Source of the DNA: an uncultured Candidatus Peribacteria bacterium
Lineage (GTDB): Bacteria; Patescibacteriota; Gracilibacteria; Peribacterales; Peribacteraceae
Assembly (NCBI GenBank): GCA_964575275.1
Contig: CAZNPE010000001.1
Span: forward strand, 319,904-383,903
Length of the DNA stretch: 64,000 nucleotides
Direction of reading: 5' to 3'
Part shown: in pieces, positions 8,484 to 17,205 of the stretch
Layout of the letters: each line of letters begins with the position of its first letter
How positions within the stretch are numbered: the stretch's first letter is position 1
Made by a program: the position numbers and the translations under genes
Notes under the pieces: generated by a model
What the model saw: only the letters and a program-made list of their open reading frames with translations
Told to the model about the DNA's origin: nothing
Database searches by the model: none

Positions 8484-9758
8484 TCATTTTTTTCTGCGCA
8501 TGGCGTAGAAATCTTGGACGAAGATGGTGATCACGGCAGTTGCCGGTACTGCCAGGATGATACCGATAACGGGGTGAACCGTATCGGGGAAACTCACGCC
8601 TACGAGCATGCCAAACATGATGGAGATGGGTGAGAGTCCCACAGCGTGCTTCATGATGAGTGGTACCAAGAGGTTGTTTTCGCAGAGCTGCACCACGTAG
8701 TAGATGATGGCAATGACGGCAGCCCACACGAAGCCAAATTGGGAGAGTGCAATGATGACTGCAGGGAACGCGCCAATGAGTGGGCCAGCGTAGGGGATGA
8801 ATTCTGTGAAGCCAGCGAGGAGCGCCAAGGTTTGTGAGTATGGCATTCCCACAATGCTCAATGCGACGAAGACCAACAGTCCGATCGATACACACAGAAT
8901 GAGCTGTCCCTGGAACCACTGGGAAATTTTCTGGTAAATCGCCTCTGCCTTTGTGTCGAAGTAGCTGCGGTATCGTCGTGGTAACACCGAACGAGTAAAA
9001 TCTGAAATTTTCTCGCGCTCCAGCTGAATGAAGAATGCAAGGACTAAGATCAGCGTGAGGTTCACAATGAAGTTGAAGACAGATCCTGCAATTTGTACTG
9101 CAAAGCTAATAGAGCTCTGCGCCACTGTGGAGAGGTTCTGGCCGAACTGGAAGAGTGCGGATGCACGGTCTTTAATCCCCATTTGCTCAAATGCGGCTTG
9201 CGCCATTCCCGTGAGACGCTCGTTCATGACATCCGAGACAAATGGGAGTTGAATATTCGGATTTGCGATGAAGGCATCGGCACTGTGGTTGATGTAGCGA
9301 GCGATGTCTTGCAGCTGCGAGGCAACGATTGGAATAAGAGATGCGATGAGGAAGACAGCAATCGAGAGGAAGAGGATGTAGATGATGAGCACTGCAACCC
9401 CACGCGGTACTCCACGTCGCTCCATCCAGCGGACATTGTTGTCCATCACAATTGCGATGAAGAATGCCAGGAGAAGAATGACGAGCTTGTCGCGAATGGC
9501 AAACAGAAGCCATCCGGCAATGAGTACTCCACACACGGTGAGCGTGAGCTTCGCAATGGTTGCTGCGGATACATCGACATTCACCACTTTCTTTGGTTGA
9601 TCTTCAGAGAGGGGAATCTGCGTAAATGTTTCCTGTGCGCCTGGCTGATGCATGCGCGACTTCGCTTTTGCCCAAAGCGACTGTGCTTTCGCACTCAAGA
9701 TTTGCATCGATGTGAATGTGTCCTTGTGATGAGCGGAAGAGCTTTTCTTTTTAGCCAT
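8484..9758 (-). CDS. AI-2E family transporter (PerM/UPF0118)
   Basis: 424 aa and polytopic. The motif region TEFIPYAGPLIGAFPAVIIAL is typical of the AI-2E family. Confidence 0.8.
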   Translation of the reverse strand: MAKKKSSSAHHKDTFTSMQILSAKAQSLWAKAKSRMHQPGAQETFTQIPLSEDQPKKVVNVDVSAATIAKLTLTVCGVLIAGWLLFAIRDKLVILLLAFFIAIVMDNNVRWMERRGVPRGVAVLIIYILFLSIAVFLIASLIPIVASQLQDIARYINHSADAFIANPNIQLPFVSDVMNERLTGMAQAAFEQMGIKDRASALFQFGQNLSTVAQSSISFAVQIAGSVFNFIVNLTLILVLAFFIQLEREKISDFTRSVLPRRYRSYFDTKAEAIYQKISQWFQGQLILCVSIGLLVFVALSIVGMPYSQTLALLAGFTEFIPYAGPLIGAFPAVIIALSQFGFVWAAVIAIIYYVVQLCENNLLVPLIMKHAVGLSPISIMFGMLVGVSFPDTVHPVIGIILAVPATAVITIFVQDFYAMRRKK

Positions 9759-9761
9759 AAG

Positions 9762-10148
9762 TTACTGGGTAACAGCGAAGATAAGAGTATCGAGAATAAC
9801 GTACGTGAGGAGAGAGAGTGCGAGTCCGACGAGCGCAGAAGTCATTCCCTTCTTAGCGGCGTCGGAACTTCCACCCGGCGTGGCAGGACCAATCATGTAG
9901 CGGAAGCCGTTCACGATGAGCATGACCAAGGAAATAGATGCGGCAAAACCGATCACGATGAACGTAAGGTTGGCAATGTAGTCGGCTGCACAGATGAAGC
10001 CTTGGCCTGGGGCACCCATACCTGTCGTAAAGAAGCTTCCACACGACGGTGGAGGCGTCAGATCGACCGGATCTTGTGCCATGGCCAGAGGAATCAGCAT
10101 TTCAACCATGGAGGTCAGTATGCGCATCGCAGAGCCTAAAGTAAACAT
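9762..10148 (-). CDS. T4SS-pilin-like (TrbC/VirB2-like) small membrane protein
   Basis: 128 aa with a signal peptide (...LAMAQDP), then two TM helices separated by a short polar loop (PATPGGSSDAAKKG). The architecture matches the three pilin-like genes at 37817..39254. Confidence 0.55.
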   Translation of the reverse strand: MFTLGSAMRILTSMVEMLIPLAMAQDPVDLTPPPSCGSFFTTGMGAPGQGFICAADYIANLTFIVIGFAASISLVMLIVNGFRYMIGPATPGGSSDAAKKGMTSALVGLALSLLTYVILDTLIFAVTQ

Positions 10149-10232
10149 TTTGCAGCATCGAACGTGGCGGCTGGCAATCGGAGAGAGAAGGAGAAGGGCG
10201 GGTAGCGATGAGCGCGTAGAAAAAGCGGGAAA

Positions 10233-10276
10233 CTACTCGCTAAACACTACTTTCTACTCGCTAAAAACGCTACAAT
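10233..10276. repeat. Two tandem 21-bp direct repeats ending in the dus -10 box
   Basis: CTACTCGCTAAACACTACTTT followed by CTACTCGCTAAAAACGCTACA(AT). The 12-mer CTACTCGCTAAA occurs at 10233 and 10254. The site lies in the divergent intergenic region. Confidence 0.6.
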
Positions 10277-10286
10277 AGGCCATCAA

Positions 10287-11264
10287 ATGGCTTTCTCATG
10301 GGATACACTTACTCGGCCAATCGTCGCACTTGCTCCTATGGCAGGTGTCACCGATGCGTCGTACCGACAGCTCATCAAAAAAGCTGCACCAGAAACTGTC
10401 GTGTACACAGAGTTCCTCTCAACGAATGCCATCGCGTACGGTGCCGAGAAAACACTGAAGATGTTGGAGTTCGATCCGACTATCGAGCGCCCTTTCATCG
10501 TGCAGGTCTTCGGTTCCGATCCGCAGAAATTTTTGGAGTCATGCAAAGTCATTGAGCAGACTGGAGCCGATGGCATCGATATCAATATGGGCTGTCCTGC
10601 CGCGAAGATCGTCTCTTCTTGCTACGGCTCAGCGCTTATGCGCAACAAAGAACTCGCAGCAGAGCTTGTTGCTGCAGCGTGCAAAGCCGTGAAGATTCCG
10701 GTGAGCGTAAAGACACGCCTCGGTTGGGATTCGAAGGAAAACCTGATTCCATTTTGCCAAGCTCTTGTTTCCGCAGGAGCAAAAGCACTCTCTATTCATG
10801 GTCGCCGCTACTGCGACAAGTTCACCGGTAAAGCCGATTGGGAGCCGATCTACGAACTCAAGAAGGCAGTGAACGTGCCAGTGATTGGCAATGGCGACAT
10901 CAACTCTGCACAAGATGCGCTGGAGAAGATTGGTAACTTAGATGGCGTGATGGTCGGCCGCGGAACGTTCGGTAACCCATGGCTTATGCAGGAAATATTA
11001 GACGCACTTCGTACCGGAAAAGCTCCGGATCAATTCATGGAATCAGAGCAAAAGCATTCACTCTTCCGTCAGCGTATTCCATTCATCTTGGAACACTTGG
11101 ATCTCTCGGTGAAGTACAAAGGCGAGAAGCGGGGAGTACTGGAAATGCGTCGCCACTTTGGTAGTTACGTAAAAGGCTTCGACGGAGCGAAAGAGCTACG
11201 AGTGAAGTTGCTCACCATCGAGGATCTTGGCGAAGTTCGTCAGACCCTCAAGGCAATTGCCTAA
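10287..11264 (+). CDS. dus: tRNA-dihydrouridine synthase
   Basis: LAPMAGVTDASYRQL, the DINMGCPA motif and a TIM-barrel Dus pattern. TACAAT sits 10 nt upstream of the ATG. Confidence 0.88.
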   Translation: MAFSWDTLTRPIVALAPMAGVTDASYRQLIKKAAPETVVYTEFLSTNAIAYGAEKTLKMLEFDPTIERPFIVQVFGSDPQKFLESCKVIEQTGADGIDINMGCPAAKIVSSCYGSALMRNKELAAELVAAACKAVKIPVSVKTRLGWDSKENLIPFCQALVSAGAKALSIHGRRYCDKFTGKADWEPIYELKKAVNVPVIGNGDINSAQDALEKIGNLDGVMVGRGTFGNPWLMQEILDALRTGKAPDQFMESEQKHSLFRQRIPFILEHLDLSVKYKGEKRGVLEMRRHFGSYVKGFDGAKELRVKLLTIEDLGEVRQTLKAIA

Positions 11265-11908
11265 AATTCATTCCAGTTTCGTAAGATTGCTGCTTCGAGA
11301 GGCTTGTCTTTCACAAGTCGTGCAGCCTTGCGTCGAGTCTCTATGCCGAGCTCGTCTGTATTAGAGTCAGTGACATCCAAAAGAGGGGCAAGATTTCGAT
11401 CGATTTGCAGACGATATAGAAGAAAGAGATATGTAATCTCTTTTGCGACTGATCCACCAAGCGCAATCAACTCAGTGGGGATATCTTCTATTTTGAGCGT
11501 ATCCGGAAGTATCAATTTCTTATCAATAATTTCTTTCACATCCTTTCGGCCGTCACCCGAGAGTAAAATCGAACTTCCTACCACGACACGATGGCCGGGA
11601 TTATGCGGTGTTGCCACTGTGCGTCTGTGCATGAGAATACGATTGGAAATGTTGGGTTCGATCACGATGCCTTTCTGCACAATAACGCCGCCTTCCTTAC
11701 TGAATTCTTGCTTCGCAGCTACGCCGTCTGGTCCTGACGGAAATATTCGTTCTTGTAGAACGGATTCTCCAAGAAGCGTCTGTACAGCTTCTCTCTGAGA
11801 TCCAAGAGCTAAGACATTCCCCTGAAGTCCAGTGATGAGTATTTTCCCTAAGCCTTGAGGTACGAGGACAGCTTTCTTTTCGATATTGTCTGGAGTGAGG
11901 GGCGGCAT
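11261..11908 (-). CDS. Hypothetical protein
   Basis: 215-aa ORF with no antisense competitor. It occupies the position downstream of rplA where rplJ is usually found, but has no L10-like sequence. Confidence 0.55.
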   Translation of the reverse strand: MPPLTPDNIEKKAVLVPQGLGKILITGLQGNVLALGSQREAVQTLLGESVLQERIFPSGPDGVAAKQEFSKEGGVIVQKGIVIEPNISNRILMHRRTVATPHNPGHRVVVGSSILLSGDGRKDVKEIIDKKLILPDTLKIEDIPTELIALGGSVAKEITYLFLLYRLQIDRNLAPLLDVTDSNTDELGIETRRKAARLVKDKPLEAAILRNWNEF

Positions 11909-11967
11909 AGAGATGATTATGAAAAAGGAGGCATATGCTGCCTCCTTTCTAAAATTCGGTCAAAAGA

Positions 11968-12666
11968 TTAGAGCTGAACCTTGAGTCCTGGACCCATGGT
12001 TGGGTTCACGCTGACAGAGAGGATGTACGTTGTCTTGATGGCAGCTGGCTGAGCGTCCTTGATAGCCTGGAGGAGAGCGCTCAAGTTTTCCTTGAGCTTC
12101 TGCTCACCGAAGCTGAGCTTACCGAAGACACCGTGGATGATGCCCTGCTTGTCCATCTTGAATTCGATGCGACCCTTGCTGAGCTCTTCGATGATCTTGG
12201 CTGGCTTATCCGATACTGTGCCGGACTTTGGACTTGGCATGAGACCCTTTGGACCAAGAACTTTGGCAAGCTTACCGAGATCTTTCATGAGCTGTGGCAT
12301 AGCGACTGTGATGTCGAAGTCCAACATTCCGCCTTCGATCTGCTTGATGAGATCGGCAGCACCGGCGTGGGTTGCACCTGCCTTCTTTGCAGCATCGACG
12401 AAGTCGTCTGTAACGAATGCAGCGATGCGAACCTTCTTACCAGTGCCGTGTGGGAGACTGACTGTTCCACGGACGAGCTGGTCGGCCTGACTCATATCAG
12501 CACCGATGCGGATGTGCACTTCGGCACTTCCGTCGAACTTGGTGACACTCAGTTTTGGGAGGAGAGCAGCAGCTTCCTCGATGGAGTAGGAGGCCTTGGT
12601 CACAAGTGCCTTCTTCTCGCGATACTTTTTTCCGCCTTTGTCGGCGTCTGACTTAAGAGTAGCCAT
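11968..12666 (-). CDS. rplA: 50S ribosomal protein L1
   Basis: MATLKSDADKGGKKYREKK...VHIRIGADMSQADQLVRGTVSLPHGTGK. The start is trimmed to the internal ATG at 12666, because the ORF-track N-terminal extension is not L1-like. Confidence 0.9.
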   Translation of the reverse strand: MATLKSDADKGGKKYREKKALVTKASYSIEEAAALLPKLSVTKFDGSAEVHIRIGADMSQADQLVRGTVSLPHGTGKKVRIAAFVTDDFVDAAKKAGATHAGAADLIKQIEGGMLDFDITVAMPQLMKDLGKLAKVLGPKGLMPSPKSGTVSDKPAKIIEELSKGRIEFKMDKQGIIHGVFGKLSFGEQKLKENLSALLQAIKDAQPAAIKTTYILSVSVNPTMGPGLKVQL

Positions 12667-12749
12667 AGAGATGTGGGGAACGTGGTGGGTAAAGGGCGTC
12701 CCTCGCCTAGCGATTGCTAGGGTCGGCCGGGACTTCCACGAGCGGGGAG

Positions 12750-12758
12750 ATTGTGCCA
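12750..12758 (-). promoter_or_regulatory. Candidate rplA promoter (extended -10, TGGCACAAT)
   Basis: The minus strand reads TGGCACAAT, the same 9-mer as the metG -10. It would give a 5' UTR of about 77 nt containing the hairpins gtccc...gggac and cctagc-aatc-gctagg. Confidence 0.4.
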
Positions 12759-12869
12759 GAAAGTAGGGGATTTGCAAAGGGTTAAATGATCGGATTTAGC
12801 TGTTTCCAGGATGACCCGATGCCATTTCTTTGGCGCCAAAGAAATGGCAAAAAAGAAAGCGGTCGCTCT

Positions 12870-12995
12870 GAAGAAATTCTTGCGATTCCAGCCACTCGCT
12901 TCGCTGCAAAGCGCAAACTCGTCTGCTTTAGGCGGACTCAAACAGTACGCTTTGTTTCACGCTCCGCTCGTGGGGAATCGAGACAGAATTTCTTC
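12870..12995. repeat. 126-bp element bounded by ~20-bp inverted repeats
   Basis: The left arm gaagaaattcttgcgattcc (12870..12889) pairs with the right arm ggaatcgagacagaatttcttc (12974..12995) through 11-bp and 7-bp stems. Confidence 0.55.
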
Positions 12996-13014
12996 AAGGC
13001 GACAGATTCAAGAT

Positions 13015-13042
13015 TAATAAAAAAGCACCCGACGTCGGGTGC
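13015..13042 (-). terminator. Intrinsic terminator after the membrane-protein gene 13067..13624
   Basis: The minus strand reads gcacccgac/gtcgggtgc (a perfect palindrome) followed by TTTTTTATT. Confidence 0.65.
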
Positions 13043-13066
13043 AATGAATTGAGAGGTGAATAGTTT

Positions 13067-13624
13067 TTAGCGTTTTCTCTTCGATGCGGCGGCACGCTTG
13101 TTCTTGTGGCTGATGTGCAAGGACGATGAGAGCATGAGGATGCAGCCCAAGAGGATCATCGTGGCTGGCATCTGCCAGTCTGGAGCTTCCATAGTGAGGA
13201 GCAGGCTGATGCCCAGCGATAGTCCAGACACAAGAGCAACTGTTCCGCCTACGAATTCACATGTGTGCGAGAAGACAAGGCGAGGTACGGCAGACGATGC
13301 ATGATCGACTTCTGCAATGATACGGCTGGCGTGGATCATGATGCCGATGCCGACAACCATGAGGAAGAGTAGCGCAGAGAGAAGTTCTGGATTTGGAAGC
13401 TGTGTCATCACGACGCTATACATCAGCTGAATGGAGCTGATTGCGAGAAGGAAGAGTCCGATAGACTTCCAGAGATATCCACCAATTGCTTTTGCAACTC
13501 CTTCAGGCTTCGCACCAGTGACGAGCAGGCTTGGGATAAACAACAGCACCTGTGCGATAAGTGCACCGATGACGACTTTTGTAATCACTGCGGAATCGAG
13601 CAGGCTGAAGGTGAGACCAGACAT
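13067..13624 (-). CDS. Integral membrane protein, hypothetical
   Basis: 185 aa with about 5 predicted TM helices and a basic C-terminal tail. It is inserted between rplK and rplA. Confidence 0.6.
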   Translation of the reverse strand: MSGLTFSLLDSAVITKVVIGALIAQVLLFIPSLLVTGAKPEGVAKAIGGYLWKSIGLFLLAISSIQLMYSVVMTQLPNPELLSALLFLMVVGIGIMIHASRIIAEVDHASSAVPRLVFSHTCEFVGGTVALVSGLSLGISLLLTMEAPDWQMPATMILLGCILMLSSSLHISHKNKRAAASKRKR

Positions 13625-13833
13625 GAAAGAGAGTGGAAAATGTGATTCGTAGACTACAGCCTTTGACGTGCGAATGCTTCATGGTGCACGGAAAATGGCT
13701 TGCAGTTGAGAATAGAAGATGATGGAGTGAGGAAAATATGAAATTAGAAAATAGAAATTTTAAGAACCTCATCCAGGATTCATAGGTGGAAGAAGCCTTT
13801 TCGAATTTCCTTACTTCGAATTTCTAATTTTCC

Positions 13834-14298
13834 TTACGCGGCTTGTGTTGTCTTTGCCGTCTTGCCAGCGAGATCGTCCTCGACAATGAGGCCCATATTC
13901 TTCGCTGTTCCTGCCATCATGCGAGTGGCGGAGTCCAAGTTTACTGTATTCAAGTCTGGCATCTTCTTCTTGGCGACTTCCTGGAGCTGAGACATCTTCA
14001 CAGAGCCAATCTTATCCTTGTTTGGCTTACCAGAGCCTTTCTCCTTCTTCACGGCCTGGAGGATCAGGAAGGATGCTGGTGGCTGCTTGAGGATGAAGGT
14101 GAAGCTGCGGTCGTCGTACACAGTGATCTCAGCAGGAATAACCTGACCCATCTGCCCCTTTGTCTTGTCGTTGAACTGAGTGCAGAACTGCTGGATGTTG
14201 ATACCGGCCTGGCCGAGCACAGGACCGAGTGGCGGGGCAGGGTTTGCCTGTCCACCACGAGCTTGCACTTTGATGACTTTGACGACTTTCTTGGCCAT
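13834..14298 (-). CDS. rplK: 50S ribosomal protein L11
   Basis: [47 protein letters not shown]. Confidence 0.93.
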   Translation of the reverse strand: MAKKVVKVIKVQARGGQANPAPPLGPVLGQAGINIQQFCTQFNDKTKGQMGQVIPAEITVYDDRSFTFILKQPPASFLILQAVKKEKGSGKPNKDKIGSVKMSQLQEVAKKKMPDLNTVNLDSATRMMAGTAKNMGLIVEDDLAGKTAKTTQAA

Positions 14299-14307
14299 AG
14301 CCGCGAT

Positions 14308-14336
14308 ACTTTAGGCAAAAGAAGCCAAGACGTCAA
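14308..14336 (-). promoter_or_regulatory. rplK promoter (TTGACG-17-TAAAGT), -10 box 9 nt from the ATG
   Basis: The minus strand reads TTGACGtcttggcttcttttgccTAAAGTatcgcggctATG. Confidence 0.55.
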
Positions 14337-14380
14337 CAGGGCTTTTTGTCGCGGAGCTGTCTTTCTGTAGTTGCACCCCT

Positions 14381-15013
14381 TTATTTGCTCAATTCCGCGA
14401 TTAACTGGTCTGCAAGGCTCGCTCCATTCTGTGCAATGTGGAGCTCGTAGAGGCGGTTTCGGACACGGAGGAAGATGATTTTCTCGGTGCTGATGGCTGG
14501 GTCGAGGAAGGTAAGGACATCCACCACAGCTCCTCCATGCGGAGTGCGCGTTTCATCGACGAGGTCAGAGACCTGAGGAGAGAATTGTGCCTGAAGTGCT
14601 TGCTTGAGCGCGGCAAAAATTCCTTTCACATCATCGTGTTCGATCCAGGAGAGAAGGAACGCGCGATCATTATTTTTGAGAAGTGCGCGTGTCTGTACGA
14701 GCGCAGGATCTGGGGCAGTGAGTGTGATGAGGCTGGCTTCCGTTGTTGGGGTGCTGACGAGTTGGAGCTGCGCGAGGACTGCTTCAATGTTTACACCCGT
14801 CGCTTTCTTCGTCGATGTTCCTTTCTTCACGAATGAGGAAGATGAGGCGACTGATGAGACAGCGCCAGCGGATGAGTTGATGTTCGGATCTCCTTCGACA
14901 ATTCCTTCTCCTTGCATGGCGTATGGTCTCTCCTTTAAGACGTAGTCAGCCGTGAAAAGGCCTCCTGCAATGAGGACGATGATACCTCCGGCGACGAGAG
15001 AGTCGTTGCGCAT
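14381..15013 (-). CDS. Hypothetical membrane-anchored protein
   Basis: 210 aa with an N-terminal TM helix and a Ser-rich linker. TACACT sits 9 nt upstream of the ATG. It occupies the usual nusG position but has no KOW or NGN motifs. Confidence 0.55.
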   Translation of the reverse strand: MRNDSLVAGGIIVLIAGGLFTADYVLKERPYAMQGEGIVEGDPNINSSAGAVSSVASSSSFVKKGTSTKKATGVNIEAVLAQLQLVSTPTTEASLITLTAPDPALVQTRALLKNNDRAFLLSWIEHDDVKGIFAALKQALQAQFSPQVSDLVDETRTPHGGAVVDVLTFLDPAISTEKIIFLRVRNRLYELHIAQNGASLADQLIAELSK

Positions 15014-15038
15014 GTGAGAGCAAGTGTAACAGAAGGCT

Positions 15039-17105
15039 TCAATCTACCACTACTTTTGCGTCTGCAACTGCGATCCCATCCTTCGACACCAATACAGGAT
15101 TGAGATCGATTTCCGAAATTCGGGGACAATCCACCATGAGCTGAGAAATCTTCTGAATCGTAGCTGCGAGCGAATCAATATCGAGTGCGCCTTTGCCGCG
15201 CATGCCTGTAAGTAGTTTCCACGATTTCAGTGTACTGAGCATCTCGTACGCATTCTCTGTATCGACTGGTGCTAAGCGGAAGCAGGTGTCACGGAAGAGC
15301 TCGGTGTAGATGCCCCCAAGGCCGACCATCACTACTGGGCCGAAGCTCGCATCGCGAATGGCACCAACAATGAACTCGCTTCCGGCAGGGAGAAGTTGTT
15401 GGATGAGGACGCCACGGATCACTGCCTTCGGCATATGTTTCTGAGAATTCTTAATGATCTCGGCATATGCCTTCTTCACATCGGCTGCAGAATTCAGGTT
15501 TGCACGCACACCACCAATGTCTGTCTTATGGAGAATGTCTGGCGAACTGACTTTTGCGATGACTGGATACCCAATCTCTTCAGCAAGCTCCGCTGCTTGG
15601 TTCGCATTTTCGGCAACGGCCTGGTTGGGAGTGGGGAGATCGTAGAGCTGGAAGAGTTCTTGAACAGTTTCTTCAGACAGGAGTCCTTTCTTTCCCTTGA
15701 GGAATTGATGAGCAGCGGAGGAGCGATCATCGCCCCGACTGTCATCTTCTGCCAGGGGTCGATCTTCCTTCTCTACCAGAGTAGCCATTGCTTTTACCGC
15801 TTCCTCTGGCGTGTCAAAACTAGGAATGCCTGCTTTGAGCATGAGTTCGTGCGCTTTCTTCACGGCTTCGCCACCCATGAAACTTGTTGTGATGGGAACA
15901 AGTCGATTAGATGTGCGCACAGCGATCACAGCCTTTGCGATCTCATCGACTGGAGTCATCACTTGAGGCGTGAGAACGGCAACGATGCCCTCCACATTTG
16001 GGTCAGCGGCACAGGCTTTGAGCGCTGCTTCGTACCTGTCAGCAAGAGCGTCACCGAGTACATCGATGGGGTTTGCAACACTTGCGGCAGGCGGGAGAAC
16101 TTTCTGTAAATTCGCGACAGTCTTGTCATCGAGCGTTGCAAGGGTGAGTCCAGCTTTCTCGCTCGCGTCGGTCGCAAGCACTCCGGGGCCGCCAGCATTG
16201 GTCACGATGGCGATGGAGCGTTCCGAGAGTCGAGGAGAGGCGCGGAGTGTCTGGAGCATCGAGAGGAATTCTTCCGTGTCAGTCGCCAAGTGAATACCTG
16301 CTTCCTCGCACGCAGCCTGAAGTGCAGCGCTGGAACCAGCGAGTGCACCGGTGTGGGATGACACTGCTTTGGCTCCACGTGATGACACGCCAGCCTTGAT
16401 GAGCACGATCGGTTTCTTTTTAGAAATTCTCTTCGCTGCCTCCACAAATGTGATGCCATCTTTGATGCTCTCCAAATAGAGTCCGATGATGGATGTCTTT
16501 TCGTCGTCTTCACAGATTTCTAGGAACGCTGTCTCATCCAAATCTGTCTTATTGCCAATGCTGGCAATAGATGAGAAGTGAAGCTCCTTGGAAGTTGCGG
16601 CATCCAGCAGTGCTACTGCCATGGCACCCGACTGGCTCACAAGCGCGATACTTCCTGCTGATTTTGGCGTTGCAGCAAAAGATGCATTGAGACCAATCGA
16701 CGGACGAAGTACGCCAAGACAGTTTGGTCCGACCAAGCTCATCTCATACTTTTCACAGATCGCTTTGAGCTGGTGTTCCATCGTCTTTCCTTCGTCTGTT
16801 CCGATCTCGCCAAATCCAGCGGAGATGACGACAAGCGTCTTCACTTTCTTTTTCCCACACTCTTCGGCAATCGCCTGAACGGTTGCAGCTGGTGTCACAA
16901 CAACTGCCATATCGATTGTTCCGGGTACATCGGCAATGGCATGAAAGCATTTGGCTCCCAGGAGTTCATCATGCTTTGGATTGATCGGATAAATTTTTCC
17001 TGCGAACCCGCTCTCCAATAGATTTTTCAGAATGTAGTGGCCAAGCTTCTTCTCCTCGGCGCTGGCTCCAATGAGCGCCACTGTTTTTGGTTCGAGTGTG
17101 AACAT
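15039..17105 (-). CDS. Acetate--CoA ligase (ADP-forming) family protein, fused alpha/beta type
   Basis: CoA-binding N-terminus (TVALIGASAEEKKLGHYILKNL), succinyl-CoA-synthetase-like middle region and a C-terminal ATP-grasp domain. The start is trimmed to the ATG at 17105 (MFTLEPK), which has TACAAT 8 nt upstream. Confidence 0.85.
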   Translation of the reverse strand: MFTLEPKTVALIGASAEEKKLGHYILKNLLESGFAGKIYPINPKHDELLGAKCFHAIADVPGTIDMAVVVTPAATVQAIAEECGKKKVKTLVVISAGFGEIGTDEGKTMEHQLKAICEKYEMSLVGPNCLGVLRPSIGLNASFAATPKSAGSIALVSQSGAMAVALLDAATSKELHFSSIASIGNKTDLDETAFLEICEDDEKTSIIGLYLESIKDGITFVEAAKRISKKKPIVLIKAGVSSRGAKAVSSHTGALAGSSAALQAACEEAGIHLATDTEEFLSMLQTLRASPRLSERSIAIVTNAGGPGVLATDASEKAGLTLATLDDKTVANLQKVLPPAASVANPIDVLGDALADRYEAALKACAADPNVEGIVAVLTPQVMTPVDEIAKAVIAVRTSNRLVPITTSFMGGEAVKKAHELMLKAGIPSFDTPEEAVKAMATLVEKEDRPLAEDDSRGDDRSSAAHQFLKGKKGLLSEETVQELFQLYDLPTPNQAVAENANQAAELAEEIGYPVIAKVSSPDILHKTDIGGVRANLNSAADVKKAYAEIIKNSQKHMPKAVIRGVLIQQLLPAGSEFIVGAIRDASFGPVVMVGLGGIYTELFRDTCFRLAPVDTENAYEMLSTLKSWKLLTGMRGKGALDIDSLAATIQKISQLMVDCPRISEIDLNPVLVSKDGIAVADAKVVVD

Positions 17106-17205
17106 TAGAGAAAATTGTACGGTGGAGCAGAGAGAAAAGAAATGACGAGTCGAAAAAGTTGACCTCCTATTTACCAAGAGCATAGTAGAGGCATTCATAT
17201 TTTGA

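Noticed and set aside
12667-12749. Calling the rplA 5' UTR a confirmed L1 autoregulatory leader.
   Set aside because: Hairpins are visible, but I cannot verify similarity to the 23S L1-binding site without that rRNA sequence or a covariance model. It is kept as a hypothesis in the findings, not as a feature.
12844-13017. A 57-codon plus-strand ORF, MAKKKAVALKKFLRF..., in the rplA upstream spacer.
   Set aside because: The basic N-terminus looks ribosomal-protein-like, but the ATG sits inside a perfect palindrome. There is no -10 box at the usual distance, the remainder is low-information sequence, and the ORF runs through an inverted-repeat element. I treat it as non-coding.
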